The notes under the pieces were generated by a model that saw nothing but the letters and a program-made list of their open reading frames with translations, searched no databases and was not told where the DNA came from. 22,748 bases of DNA from Pseudomonadota bacterium (GTDB lineage: Bacteria; Bdellovibrionota; FAC87; UBA2466): assembly GCA_043767805.1 (NCBI GenBank), contig JAYUGC010000166.1:1-22748 (forward strand), in the 5' to 3' direction. Both the position numbers and the translations under genes were made by a program. Positions 6,404 to 15,614 of the stretch are shown piece by piece (position 1 is the stretch's first letter; each line of letters starts with the position of its first letter).

Positions 6404-8587
6404 ATGTTAGCGACCCGTTCGTCTACCATCGGACACAGAACTCACGGCTCTGGCTCGCTTTGGCGCTCTGTACCCATTTCCGTTGGCGTGTTCGCAATTT
6501 TATTTTCCCTTTGCGTGTTGCTCATCTGGATCTCAGGCTCCGACGAGCTGAGGGCTATCGTCTCCAGCCGGATGAAGGTCAATTCCGCCCTGGGTTGTCT
6601 TTTGATCGCCTCGGGTATCCTGGTCTGGCTCTGGGGTGAAGCTCCCCGGCCTGGAAGCCGGAGACTTCTCGCCGTCCGAGGGATCGCGGGTCTTGCCCTC
6701 GTCGTCGGTGGCGGCACGCTCATCGAATATGGGGCTGGAGTGAGTCTCGGCATCGACGAGCTCTTCATCCGGGATCAAGTGGCTTTGGGACAGGCGAGCT
6801 TTCCGGGCCGTATGGCGCTCAACGCCGCCATTTGTCTCTCTTTGCTGGGGCTCGCTCTTTTTGGCCGCACCCTGGGTGAGGAGCACCCGCTCCGGCGACA
6901 TAGTGCCAAAGGGCTCGTTTTGAACTTGCTCATCTGCCTGGGCGTGTTGTTCGGTTATCTCTATAACGCCCACGATTTTTATCAGTTCGCTTCCTTTCTG
7001 CGCATGTCGCCTTATACGGCGTTTGCCGACATCTGGCTGGCGGTGGCTATCTTTTGTCTCGATCCGCGAAGCTCCGAGATGCGCAACCTTTTTGGCCCGG
7101 GCCGCGGGTCTCAGGTGGCGCGCTGGTTGTTGCCGCCGGCGCTTATTTTGCCGGCGCTCCTCGGCCGCTTCCGGCTTTGGCTGCAGAACGAAAACGTCGT
7201 CAGCCCCGAAGAAAGCATGGCGTTCGTTTCGGTGCTGATGATTGTCATGTTCGCCTCCATCGTCTGGGCGGCGGCGCGATCGCTCAACGCGGGAGGCGAT
7301 CGAGAAGCGCTCGCGCAAGCCGAGACGGAAATTGAGCGAGAACGGTTGTCGGCGTCGCTTGCCACTTTGCGTTCCATTCACCAGGTGAGCAAGCAAGTCT
7401 CCGGCGAGCTCGACATGGAAAAGCTTGTGCAGAACGTCACGGACGCGGCGACGAGACTCAGTCACGCCCAGCTGGGAGCGTTTTTCTACAACGTCGTATC
7501 CGAAAAGGGAGAGTCCTACGTTTTGTACGCCATTTCGGGAGTGCCTCGGGAGGCGTTCTCGAAGTTTCCCATGCCTCGCAACACGGAAGTGTTCGCTCCG
7601 ACCTTCGCAGGTAAGGGTGTCGTGCGCAGCGCAGACATTCGGAAAGATCCTCGGTACGGGAAAAATGACCCGTACTTTGGAATGCCAGTCGGCCACTTGC
7701 CGGTGGCGAGTTATCTCGCGGTCTCAGTCGTCTCCCGCTCGGGCGAGGTGCTCGGCGGTCTCTTCTTCGGGCACGAGCAAAGGGGAGTTTTCACGGAGCG
7801 AGAAGAAGAGCTGGTCGTGGGACTCGCATCCCAGACGGCCATCGCCATGGACAACGCCCGCCTTTACGAGCGCGCTCAGAAAGCCATTCAGACCCGGGAT
7901 GAGTTTCTGTCGGTCGCTTCCCACGAGCTGAAGACCCCGCTCACGAGCCTTTCCCTTCAAGCGCAGCTTCGCTTGCGGCAGCTCGCCAAAAATCCGGAAG
8001 GGGCGATTTCGGCCGACAAGTGGAAGGCCTTACTCGAAGGCGACCTGCGCCAGTTCAAGCGAGTCAATCGGCTCATCGAGGACATGCTGGACATCGGCCG
8101 GATCAGCGCCGGCAAAATGAGCGTCGAGCCCGAAGAAACCGATTTGACGGTGCTGGCGGGCAACGTGATCGAAAGGCTCAAGCCCCAATACGAGGCGGCC
8201 GGTTGCCAAGTGGACTTGAAGACGGAGCCCGAAGCTTTTGCCGAGGTGGATGGCTTTCGCTTGGAGCAGGTGCTAGTCAACATGCTTTCCAATGCCTTCA
8301 AATACGGCGCGGGTAGGCCCATTGAAGTAGAAGTCCGAAAAGCCGCGGAAGGCGTCGAGCTACTCGTTCGCGATCAAGGCCGTGGTATTGCTCCCGAGGA
8401 CGCCCGGCGCATTTTTCGGCGCTTCGAGCGAGCGGTGCCCGGCAAGGAGATTAGCGGTCTCGGGCTCGGGCTCTACATCGCCGACCAAATCGTCGCGGCC
8501 CATCGCGGCCGCATTTCCGTGGATAGCGGATTGGGGAAGGGCGCGCTCTTTCGCGTCTGGGTCCCTCGCCACTTCGTCGCGTCTTAA
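6404..8587 (+). CDS. Membrane sensor histidine kinase (about 8 TM + GAF + HisKA + HATPase), orphan
   Basis: ATG 6404 with GGAG at 6395-6398. Hydrophobic N-terminus, GAF (...SYLAVSVVSRSGEVLGGLFFGH...AIAMDNARLY), H-box ASHELKTPL, N-box NMLSNAFKY, G1 DQGRGI, G2 GLGLGL. Confidence 0.92.
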   Translation: MLATRSSTIGHRTHGSGSLWRSVPISVGVFAILFSLCVLLIWISGSDELRAIVSSRMKVNSALGCLLIASGILVWLWGEAPRPGSRRLLAVRGIAGLALVVGGGTLIEYGAGVSLGIDELFIRDQVALGQASFPGRMALNAAICLSLLGLALFGRTLGEEHPLRRHSAKGLVLNLLICLGVLFGYLYNAHDFYQFASFLRMSPYTAFADIWLAVAIFCLDPRSSEMRNLFGPGRGSQVARWLLPPALILPALLGRFRLWLQNENVVSPEESMAFVSVLMIVMFASIVWAAARSLNAGGDREALAQAETEIERERLSASLATLRSIHQVSKQVSGELDMEKLVQNVTDAATRLSHAQLGAFFYNVVSEKGESYVLYAISGVPREAFSKFPMPRNTEVFAPTFAGKGVVRSADIRKDPRYGKNDPYFGMPVGHLPVASYLAVSVVSRSGEVLGGLFFGHEQRGVFTEREEELVVGLASQTAIAMDNARLYERAQKAIQTRDEFLSVASHELKTPLTSLSLQAQLRLRQLAKNPEGAISADKWKALLEGDLRQFKRVNRLIEDMLDIGRISAGKMSVEPEETDLTVLAGNVIERLKPQYEAAGCQVDLKTEPEAFAEVDGFRLEQVLVNMLSNAFKYGAGRPIEVEVRKAAEGVELLVRDQGRGIAPEDARRIFRRFERAVPGKEISGLGLGLYIADQIVAAHRGRISVDSGLGKGALFRVWVPRHFVAS

Positions 8588-8610
8588 AAGGTACTAACTT
8601 TCTTTTAAGA
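8582..8610. repeat. Inverted repeat TCTTAAAAG-N11-CTTTTAAGA, copy 1 (possible terminator or recombination/operator site)
   Basis: Perfect 9-bp arms at 8582-8590 and 8602-8610, overlapping the kinase stop codon. The same arms recur at 21534-21559. Confidence 0.7.
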
Positions 8611-8638
8611 ACTCGCAAAATAGTTTAAAAGTTGAATT

Positions 8639-11600
8639 GTGGTGCTTAAAGAATTCTCCTCGTGCGGCGTTGGGTTCGTCGTCGGCCTGGACAACCAATT
8701 CACGCATGAAAACCTTCAGCTAGGACTGAAAGCCCTGGGCAATTTGGAGCACCGGGGTGGCGCGAGTCCCGACGGGCGGGGCGGCGATGGCGCCGGCGTC
8801 ATGACCGACATTCCGCGGGATCTGCTCGGAGTCGCCGAAGGCGATGCCGTCGCCAATCTCTTTCTTCCCAGAGACCCCACGGCCCGGGTCCGCTCTTTGA
8901 AGATTTTCGAAGAGACTTTCAGCAACCTCGGCCTCGAAGTCCTTCAGTACCGCGAGGTTCCTTTTCGTCCCGAGGTACTTTCGCCGGGCGTGCAAGGAAA
9001 CCGCCCTGAGTTTCTGATGGCCGTCATCCGGCGCCCAGATCAGTGCAACACCCGCTTCACTTTCGAAAAACTTCTCTATGGAGCCAAGCAGCTGACCCGC
9101 AGCCGGCTGCGCGAAGCGGGCATCGTAAAGCAGTTTTTCTTCACCTCGCTTTCGGCGCAGACCATCGTTTACAAGGGGCTCACCCCGTCCGATGGGCTGA
9201 CCGAGCTTTTTCCCGATTTGAAAGATCCGCACTTCAAGACGCGCTTCGTCCTCTTTCATCGCCGATTTAGCACCAATACGGCGACCGCCTGGGATACGGC
9301 GCAACCCTTCCGCGTGGTAGCCCACAACGGTGAGATCAACACCATCTCGGGCAACCGGTCCTGGGCGTACTCGCGGGAACGGGCTTTGGGCCTTCGCGAA
9401 GACGAGCTTCTCACGCACCGGGGGATCAGCGACTCAGGGTCGGTCAACGAGATGATCGAGGCGCTTCTCTTTAGAAGCAGCATTCCGCACCCGGAAGACA
9501 TTCTCGCCATCATGATGCCGAAGGCGGAAACGGATCACTCCTTTTACAAATTTTGGCGCCGGGCCATGGAGCCCTGGGATGGGCCGGCTCTCTTCACGTT
9601 TTCCGACGGGCGCACCATTGGGGCGCGCCTCGACCGGAGCGGCTTTCGTCCGTGCCGCTGGTCTCGCACCGATAAACACTTCTTCCTGTCGTCCGAAGCC
9701 GGCTCTTTCGAAGTGCCCGAGTCGGAAGTCCGCGCGAAGGGCCATTTGAGCGGCGGCTCTTCGGTCACGATCCATATTCCGACGGCTTCGGTTCATTTCC
9801 GGGATCCGAGCGAAGGCCGGGAGAACCGCCACGCCACTTTCGATCCTCGGGTCGCCGAGCTCTCCCGTCTCGTGCCACCCCGTCAGGGCGAGCTCGATTC
9901 CGAGCGGCTCGAGCTTTTTCGCTTCACGGAGGAAGACTTGCGCCGGCTCATTGAGCCCCTGGTGCGAGAAGGCAAAGAGGCCATCGGGTCCATGGGGGAC
10001 ACCGCTCGCTTGGCCGTGCTCTCCGACGAGTACCGCTCGTTCTTCGATTTCTTCTATCAGCGCTTTGCCCAGGTAACGAATCCTCCGCTCGATTTCCTCC
10101 GGGAAAAGATCGTCACCGACATGTCCATCATCTTAGGACGTAAGCCCAATATCTTCGAGCCCAAGGAGCTCGTTCCGCTGAAGCTCGGGATCGAGCTGCC
10201 GGGTCCCGTGCTGACTTTGGGGCAGGCCGAGTTCTTAAAGGGACTCGAGGGCGAGGACGGGTTCGCGGGCTCGTGGCCGGCGTCTCGCACCTTCGACACG
10301 ACCTTTTCGAAGGCGGAAGGCCTTGCGGGAATGCTCGCCAAGCTCGAGCTCCTCAAACGGGAAGTGGTCGACGCCGTCCGAAACCACGTGAGCGTTCTCA
10401 TTTTGAGCGATCGCTCCGCGACCGAGCTGACTCCCGCCATTCCCTCCCTTCTCGTGCTGGTGACGATGCTCCAGGCTCTCAATCAGAGGGGCATGCGCCT
10501 TCGCGCTTCCTTCGTGATCGATAGCGGAGAGGTGAAGGAAACCCATCACGTCGCCGTCTTGACCGCTTTCGGAGCCGCCGCGGTTTGTCCTTATTTGACC
10601 TTGCAACTCGCTCGCTCCGCGCCCACTGAGATTTTTGGCGCTAAACCCGTGGAAGGCACGGCCGACGAGCGCGAGCTCAAGGTGGTCAAAGCCCTTGAGG
10701 CTGGGCTTCTCAAGGTGATGTCGAAAATGGGGATTTCCGTTTTCCGCAGCTATCAAGGGGCTGAGCTGTTCACCGTCCTGGGGCTTTCCGCCGAGGTCCA
10801 TCAAAAGTTCTTCCCGGCTCATGAATCGGTCATGGGAGGTTTGAGTCTCGCGGGACTCGCTGAATGGATTCTGAAAGATGTCTCCGACCCGGCCTTGGCT
10901 CGGGGGCCTTCGGGCCGCGTGCACAATTATCTCTACCAAGAGCATCCGCGCAGTCCCGTCGGTGAGAAGCATGCGATGACTTTACGCCGGTCGAAGCTCG
11001 TGCACAAAGTGGTCGCGCCCGCCGAAGGCGAAGACGCTTACGGCGATTTAATCAGAGGGACGGAAGAAGCGCCCATCTCTTTTCGCCATCTCCTTCGCCC
11101 CAAAGTGGCTCCGCAAGGGTTGAAGCTGGACGCGGTTCTCTCGCGTCGGGACGTGCTGAAGACGTTCGGCTCGGGAGCCATGTCGTTCGGGGCGATTAGC
11201 GCCGAAGCCCAGAGAGATCTGTTCCTCGCCATGCGGGAAGTGGGCGGCCGGAGCAATAGCGGCGAAGGGGGAGAGAATCCCTATTATTTTACCGAGGGCA
11301 TCACCGCGCAGACGAAACAAGTCGCGTCCGGCCGCTTCGGCGTGACCGCCGAGTACCTGATTACCGGTGAAGAAATTCAGATCAAGATCGCCCAAGGCGC
11401 CAAACCCGGGGAAGGGGGCCAGCTCATGGCGGCCAAAGTCGGCCCCGATATCGCCCGTGCCCGGCATTCCGATACGAACGTCGATCTCATTTCGCCGCCT
11501 CCGATGCACGACATCTACAGCATCGAAGACTTAAAGCAGCTCATTTTCGAGTTTCGGCAGTTAAAGCCGAAGACGCGGATCAGCGTGAAGCTCGTTTCGG

Positions 11601-13036
11601 GTGAGAACATCGGAGCCATCGCCGTCGGGGTCGCCAAGGCCGGAGCCGACGTCATTCATGTCGCTGGTCATGATGGCGGCACGGGGGCCGCGACCTTGAG
11701 CTCCATGAAGCACGCTGGCCTTCCTTGGGAGATCGGTCTTTCGGAAGTGCACCGGACCCTCGTCGCGCAAAAGGTGCGGGACACTGTGACCTTGCGGGTC
11801 GACGGCGGGCTCGTCACGGGCCGCGATATTTTGCTCGCGAGCGCGCTCGGCGCGGAAGAGTTCGAGTTTGGAAAGCTGCTTCTAGTCGCCGAGGGCTGCA
11901 TCATGGCCCGCATCTGCGAGAAGAACACCTGCCCGACGGGAATCGCGACCCACGATCCGAAGTTCAAGAAGCTCTACCGGGGCTCGAAAGAGAAAGTCGT
12001 TCGCCTGCTCGAGCGGCTAGCCGATGATGTGCGGGCGCAGCTGGCGGCCGCGGGTGTGGCTTCGCTTTCCGAAATGGTGGGCCGGTCGGATCTTTTGGAG
12101 ATCGACCCCGCTCATCAAGCTTTGGTCGATAAGCGCGGCCTCGATCTGACCGTGCTGCTTGCGCCCTCTCAGTCTCTTGGCCCGAAGCTCGTCAGCCCCT
12201 TCGCGGAGGCGGTGTCTTCGCTGAACCAGCGGCTTCTCGCCGACGTCGAAATGGGTAAAGTGAGCGCGTCGGGTTATCCGATTAAGCCCCAGGACCGCGC
12301 CGTTCCCGCGACCCTCGTTGGTCACGGCGCGCAGTTGCGAGTGTCCGGCAAAAAGACTTTGGCGCCGCTCTCTTTGCTTTTCCGCGGCAGCGCGGGGCAG
12401 GGATTCGGTGTCTTCCTGGAAGAGGGCACTTCGCTCCGGCTCCACGGCGAAGCCAACGACTCGGCGGGTAAGTCCATGTCGGGCGGTCGGATCGTCATCG
12501 TGCCCGCGCCGGAAAGCACGTTTTTCGCCGAGACCAATACCGTGATCGGCAACTGCGCACTCTACGGCGCAACCGGCGGCGTTTTTTACGCGAAGGGTGT
12601 CGCGGGTAACCGTTTCGCCGTCCGAAATAGCGGCGCGGTGGCCGTCGTCGAGGGCGTGGGCATGCACGCGTGCGAGTACATGACGCGCGGAACGGTAGTC
12701 GTACTCGGCGCGGCGGGCAGCAATATCGGAGCGGGTATGACCGGCGGCACGCTCTATCTACGACGGGACAAAGCTTCTCTGCTCAACGTCGAGTATCTGC
12801 GGGCGGTGGAATGTACCGGGGATGATGTCTCGGCCCTCGTGTCCTTGCTCAGCGACTATCACCGCGAGACGGCGAGCTCCACCGCGGCGGACTTGCTCAC
12901 GAGCCCGGAGACGCTCGGCGCTTTCTTCGTCAAATGTCTACCGCTTCGCATGGCTCAGCAGCTCGAGGAGCTGCCCACTAAGTTGCCTCTCGCGGCGCTC
13001 GTCGCCGAGACTACCTCGGCGCGGCTACCGCACTAG
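8639..13036 (+). CDS. gltB: Glutamate synthase large subunit
   Basis: N-terminal CGVGF nucleophile Cys; HRRFSTNT, HNGEINT, MEPWDGP, FAQVTNPP, AMSFGAIS, SNSGEGGE, KQVASGRFGV, AQGAKPGEGGQL and ISPPPMHDIYSIEDL; 3Fe-4S motif CIMARICEKNTC; GXGXG C-terminal domain. Exact start (8639 or 8642) is uncertain. Confidence 0.96.
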   Translation: MVLKEFSSCGVGFVVGLDNQFTHENLQLGLKALGNLEHRGGASPDGRGGDGAGVMTDIPRDLLGVAEGDAVANLFLPRDPTARVRSLKIFEETFSNLGLEVLQYREVPFRPEVLSPGVQGNRPEFLMAVIRRPDQCNTRFTFEKLLYGAKQLTRSRLREAGIVKQFFFTSLSAQTIVYKGLTPSDGLTELFPDLKDPHFKTRFVLFHRRFSTNTATAWDTAQPFRVVAHNGEINTISGNRSWAYSRERALGLREDELLTHRGISDSGSVNEMIEALLFRSSIPHPEDILAIMMPKAETDHSFYKFWRRAMEPWDGPALFTFSDGRTIGARLDRSGFRPCRWSRTDKHFFLSSEAGSFEVPESEVRAKGHLSGGSSVTIHIPTASVHFRDPSEGRENRHATFDPRVAELSRLVPPRQGELDSERLELFRFTEEDLRRLIEPLVREGKEAIGSMGDTARLAVLSDEYRSFFDFFYQRFAQVTNPPLDFLREKIVTDMSIILGRKPNIFEPKELVPLKLGIELPGPVLTLGQAEFLKGLEGEDGFAGSWPASRTFDTTFSKAEGLAGMLAKLELLKREVVDAVRNHVSVLILSDRSATELTPAIPSLLVLVTMLQALNQRGMRLRASFVIDSGEVKETHHVAVLTAFGAAAVCPYLTLQLARSAPTEIFGAKPVEGTADERELKVVKALEAGLLKVMSKMGISVFRSYQGAELFTVLGLSAEVHQKFFPAHESVMGGLSLAGLAEWILKDVSDPALARGPSGRVHNYLYQEHPRSPVGEKHAMTLRRSKLVHKVVAPAEGEDAYGDLIRGTEEAPISFRHLLRPKVAPQGLKLDAVLSRRDVLKTFGSGAMSFGAISAEAQRDLFLAMREVGGRSNSGEGGENPYYFTEGITAQTKQVASGRFGVTAEYLITGEEIQIKIAQGAKPGEGGQLMAAKVGPDIARARHSDTNVDLISPPPMHDIYSIEDLKQLIFEFRQLKPKTRISVKLVSGENIGAIAVGVAKAGADVIHVAGHDGGTGAATLSSMKHAGLPWEIGLSEVHRTLVAQKVRDTVTLRVDGGLVTGRDILLASALGAEEFEFGKLLLVAEGCIMARICEKNTCPTGIATHDPKFKKLYRGSKEKVVRLLERLADDVRAQLAAAGVASLSEMVGRSDLLEIDPAHQALVDKRGLDLTVLLAPSQSLGPKLVSPFAEAVSSLNQRLLADVEMGKVSASGYPIKPQDRAVPATLVGHGAQLRVSGKKTLAPLSLLFRGSAGQGFGVFLEEGTSLRLHGEANDSAGKSMSGGRIVIVPAPESTFFAETNTVIGNCALYGATGGVFYAKGVAGNRFAVRNSGAVAVVEGVGMHACEYMTRGTVVVLGAAGSNIGAGMTGGTLYLRRDKASLLNVEYLRAVECTGDDVSALVSLLSDYHRETASSTAADLLTSPETLGAFFVKCLPLRMAQQLEELPTKLPLAALVAETTSARLPH

Positions 13037-14244
13037 GCGGGCTTTAGAGCCGAGCCCAAGATTTCGACCGCTTGGGCGATTTGTTCGGCGTTAATCACGA
13101 GCGGCGGAGCGAAACGCACGACGTTGTCGCGGGTTTCCTTCGCGAGCAGCCCTTTCGCTTTTAGCGCGAGACAGAGATCCTTGCCCTTGGGTCCTTTTTC
13201 GATATCGAGCACGATGGCATTGAGCAGGCCTTTGCCGCGCACGTTCAAGATATAAGGCGATTTGAGGGCTTCCACGCTTTTGCGGAAGAGCTCTCCCATC
13301 GTTTGCGCGTTCTCGGCGAGCTTTTCGTCTTGAACCACCTGGAGAGCGGTGGTCGCCACCGCGCAGGCGAGCGAGTTACCGCCAAAAGTAGAGCCATGGT
13401 CGCCCGGCTGGAAGGTGAGCATCACCGCGTCGTCGGCGAGGACCGCCGACACGGGCATGGTGCCGCCCGAAAGCGACTTACCGAGGACGACGATGTCCGG
13501 GCGCACGTTCTCGTGATCGCACGCCAGGCGTCTGCCCGTGCGGGCAATGCCCGTTTGAATCTCGTCGGCGATGAAGAGGACTTCCGCCGAGGTGCAAAGC
13601 TCGCGCACGCCTTTTAGGTAGCCTTCCGGAGGGACGACCACGCCGCCTTCGCCCTGAATGGGCTCGACCACAAAGCCCGCCACCGTGGGATCTTTGAGCG
13701 CGGTCTCCAGCGCCTTCAAGTCGCCAAACGGAATGTGGAGAAAGCCCGGGACGAAGGGACCAAAGCTCGCGCGGCTCGCGGGACTCGAGGACGCCGAAAT
13801 GGCGGCCATGGTGCGGCCATGGAAATTGTTCTCACAGAAAATGATCTTGGCTTCGTTCTCGGGGATGCCCTTCGTCTTATAGCCCCACTTACGGCAAAGC
13901 TTGATGGCAGTTTCCACGGCTTCGACGCCAGTGTTCATGGCGAGCACGCGGTCGTAGCCGAAGTACTCGGTGATGGCTTTGGCGAAGGGTCCGAAGGTGT
14001 GGTTGTAAAACGCCCGCGACACGAGCGTCAGCTCGCCCGCCTGCTTGCTGAGCGTCTCGATGATTCTCGGATGACAGTGCCCTTGGCTGACCGCGCAGAT
14101 GCCGGAGAGAAAATCGAGATAGCGCACGCCTTCCGGATCCCAGACGTAAACGCCTTTTCCTTTGGAAAGCACCACGGGAAGCGGCGAGTAGTTCTGCGCG
14201 CCGTACTGTTTCTCTAAAGCGATGGTTTCTTCGGTGCTTAACAT
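13033..14244 (-). CDS. rocD: Class III PLP aminotransferase of ornithine aminotransferase (RocD) type, probably acting as acetylornithine aminotransferase
   Basis: YGAQNYSPLPVVL, QGHCHP, MNTGVEAVETA, NFHGRT, EPIQGEGG, DEIQTG, LGKSLSGG and HGSTFGGN. Last gene of the argG-argH run. Confidence 0.85.
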   Translation of the reverse strand: MLSTEETIALEKQYGAQNYSPLPVVLSKGKGVYVWDPEGVRYLDFLSGICAVSQGHCHPRIIETLSKQAGELTLVSRAFYNHTFGPFAKAITEYFGYDRVLAMNTGVEAVETAIKLCRKWGYKTKGIPENEAKIIFCENNFHGRTMAAISASSSPASRASFGPFVPGFLHIPFGDLKALETALKDPTVAGFVVEPIQGEGGVVVPPEGYLKGVRELCTSAEVLFIADEIQTGIARTGRRLACDHENVRPDIVVLGKSLSGGTMPVSAVLADDAVMLTFQPGDHGSTFGGNSLACAVATTALQVVQDEKLAENAQTMGELFRKSVEALKSPYILNVRGKGLLNAIVLDIEKGPKGKDLCLALKAKGLLAKETRDNVVRFAPPLVINAEQIAQAVEILGSALKPA

Positions 14245-15614
14245 TTGAGGGCCTCCTTGGCTTTCTCGATTTGGACGGTGACGGCGGAAGAGCCCGTGCC
14301 TCCGCGAGTCGACCGCGCTTCCACGCCTCGTTCGGGAAGGAGCCAGGGGCCGACGTCACTCGAAATGAGCGGTGAAAAGGCCGCGAACTGCTGGGGCGTC
14401 AGCGACTCGATGGCGGTTCCCTCGGTCACGCAGTGGCGCACGACTTTACCGACGACTTCGTGGGCCTGCCGGAAGGGCAAGCCTTTGTGCACGAGGTAAT
14501 CGGCGAGCTCGGTGGCGTTCGAGAAATCACCCGCGATGGCTTCCCGCATCCGTTCCGGATGGAAAGTCGTCACTTTGAGCGTAATGAAAGCGAGCCGCAC
14601 GCAGGAGCGTACCGTATCGACGCCTTGAAAGAGATGAACTTTGTCTTCCTGAAGGTCCCGGTTGTAAGCGAGCGGTAGACCCTTTAAGACGGTAAGGGCG
14701 CCCATGAGGCCTCCGACCAGCCGGCCCACGCGGCCGCGGATGAGCTCCGCGACGTCGGGATTCTTCTTCTGCGGCATGAGGCTACTGCCCGTCGTGACGG
14801 AATCGGCAAGCGTAATGAAGCCGAACTCCGGGGTGCTCCAGAGAATGATTTCTTCAGCGAGGCGAGAGAGATGGACGAGTATCAAGGAACCGGCCGCGAG
14901 GTACTCGACCACGAAGTCGCGATCGGACACGGCGTCGAGGCTGTTTTCGCAAACGCCTTCGAAGCCGAGCTCTTTGGCGACCGCAAGCCTATCGATGGGA
15001 TAGGGCGTGCCCGCTAAGGCGCCTGAACCCAGAGGCAGTTGATTGACCCGCTTGCGGCAATCTGCGAGACGAGCTCGGTCGCGGTCGAGCATCCAGAAGT
15101 ACGCCATCAGATGGTGAGCGAGACTCACTGGCTGGGCGTGCTGAAGATGCGTCATGCCAGGAAGGAGAGTCTTGAGATTCGCTTCCGCGGTCGTGACGAG
15201 CCATTCCTGAAGGGCGCGAATTTGCGTAATGTCTCCGTCGATTTCGCCGCGCAGGTAAAGGCGGGTCGCGGTCGCGACCTGGTCGTTCCGGCTACGCCCC
15301 GTATGGAGCTTTCCGGCAAGCGCCGCGACTTTTTCGCCGAGCCACTTTTCGATTTCGGAATGAATGTCTTCCGCTTCCGGATCGAAACGCCGTTTGCCTT
15401 GGGCGAGCTCTCCCGCCATGGCTTCCAAGGCGGAGACCAGCCCTAAGCCTTCAGCTTCGGTCAGCACTCCAGCTTTAACGAGCGACCGGGCGTGGGCGCG
15501 GCTCGCCGTGAGATCCGCCGCCGCAAGCCGCGCATCCGAAGCGATGGAGGTGGAGAAAGCCTCCACCTCTTTATCCGTGCCGCCCTCGAACCGGCCGCCC
15601 CAAAGCTTACTCAC
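14238..15614 (-). CDS. argH: Argininosuccinate lyase
   Basis: KLWGGRF, EDIH, LHTGRSRNDQVAT, THLQHAQP, GSSLMPQKKNPD, YNRDLQEDK. Confidence 0.97.
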   Translation of the reverse strand: MSKLWGGRFEGGTDKEVEAFSTSIASDARLAAADLTASRAHARSLVKAGVLTEAEGLGLVSALEAMAGELAQGKRRFDPEAEDIHSEIEKWLGEKVAALAGKLHTGRSRNDQVATATRLYLRGEIDGDITQIRALQEWLVTTAEANLKTLLPGMTHLQHAQPVSLAHHLMAYFWMLDRDRARLADCRKRVNQLPLGSGALAGTPYPIDRLAVAKELGFEGVCENSLDAVSDRDFVVEYLAAGSLILVHLSRLAEEIILWSTPEFGFITLADSVTTGSSLMPQKKNPDVAELIRGRVGRLVGGLMGALTVLKGLPLAYNRDLQEDKVHLFQGVDTVRSCVRLAFITLKVTTFHPERMREAIAGDFSNATELADYLVHKGLPFRQAHEVVGKVVRHCVTEGTAIESLTPQQFAAFSPLISSDVGPWLLPERGVEARSTRGGTGSSAVTVQIEKAKEALKC

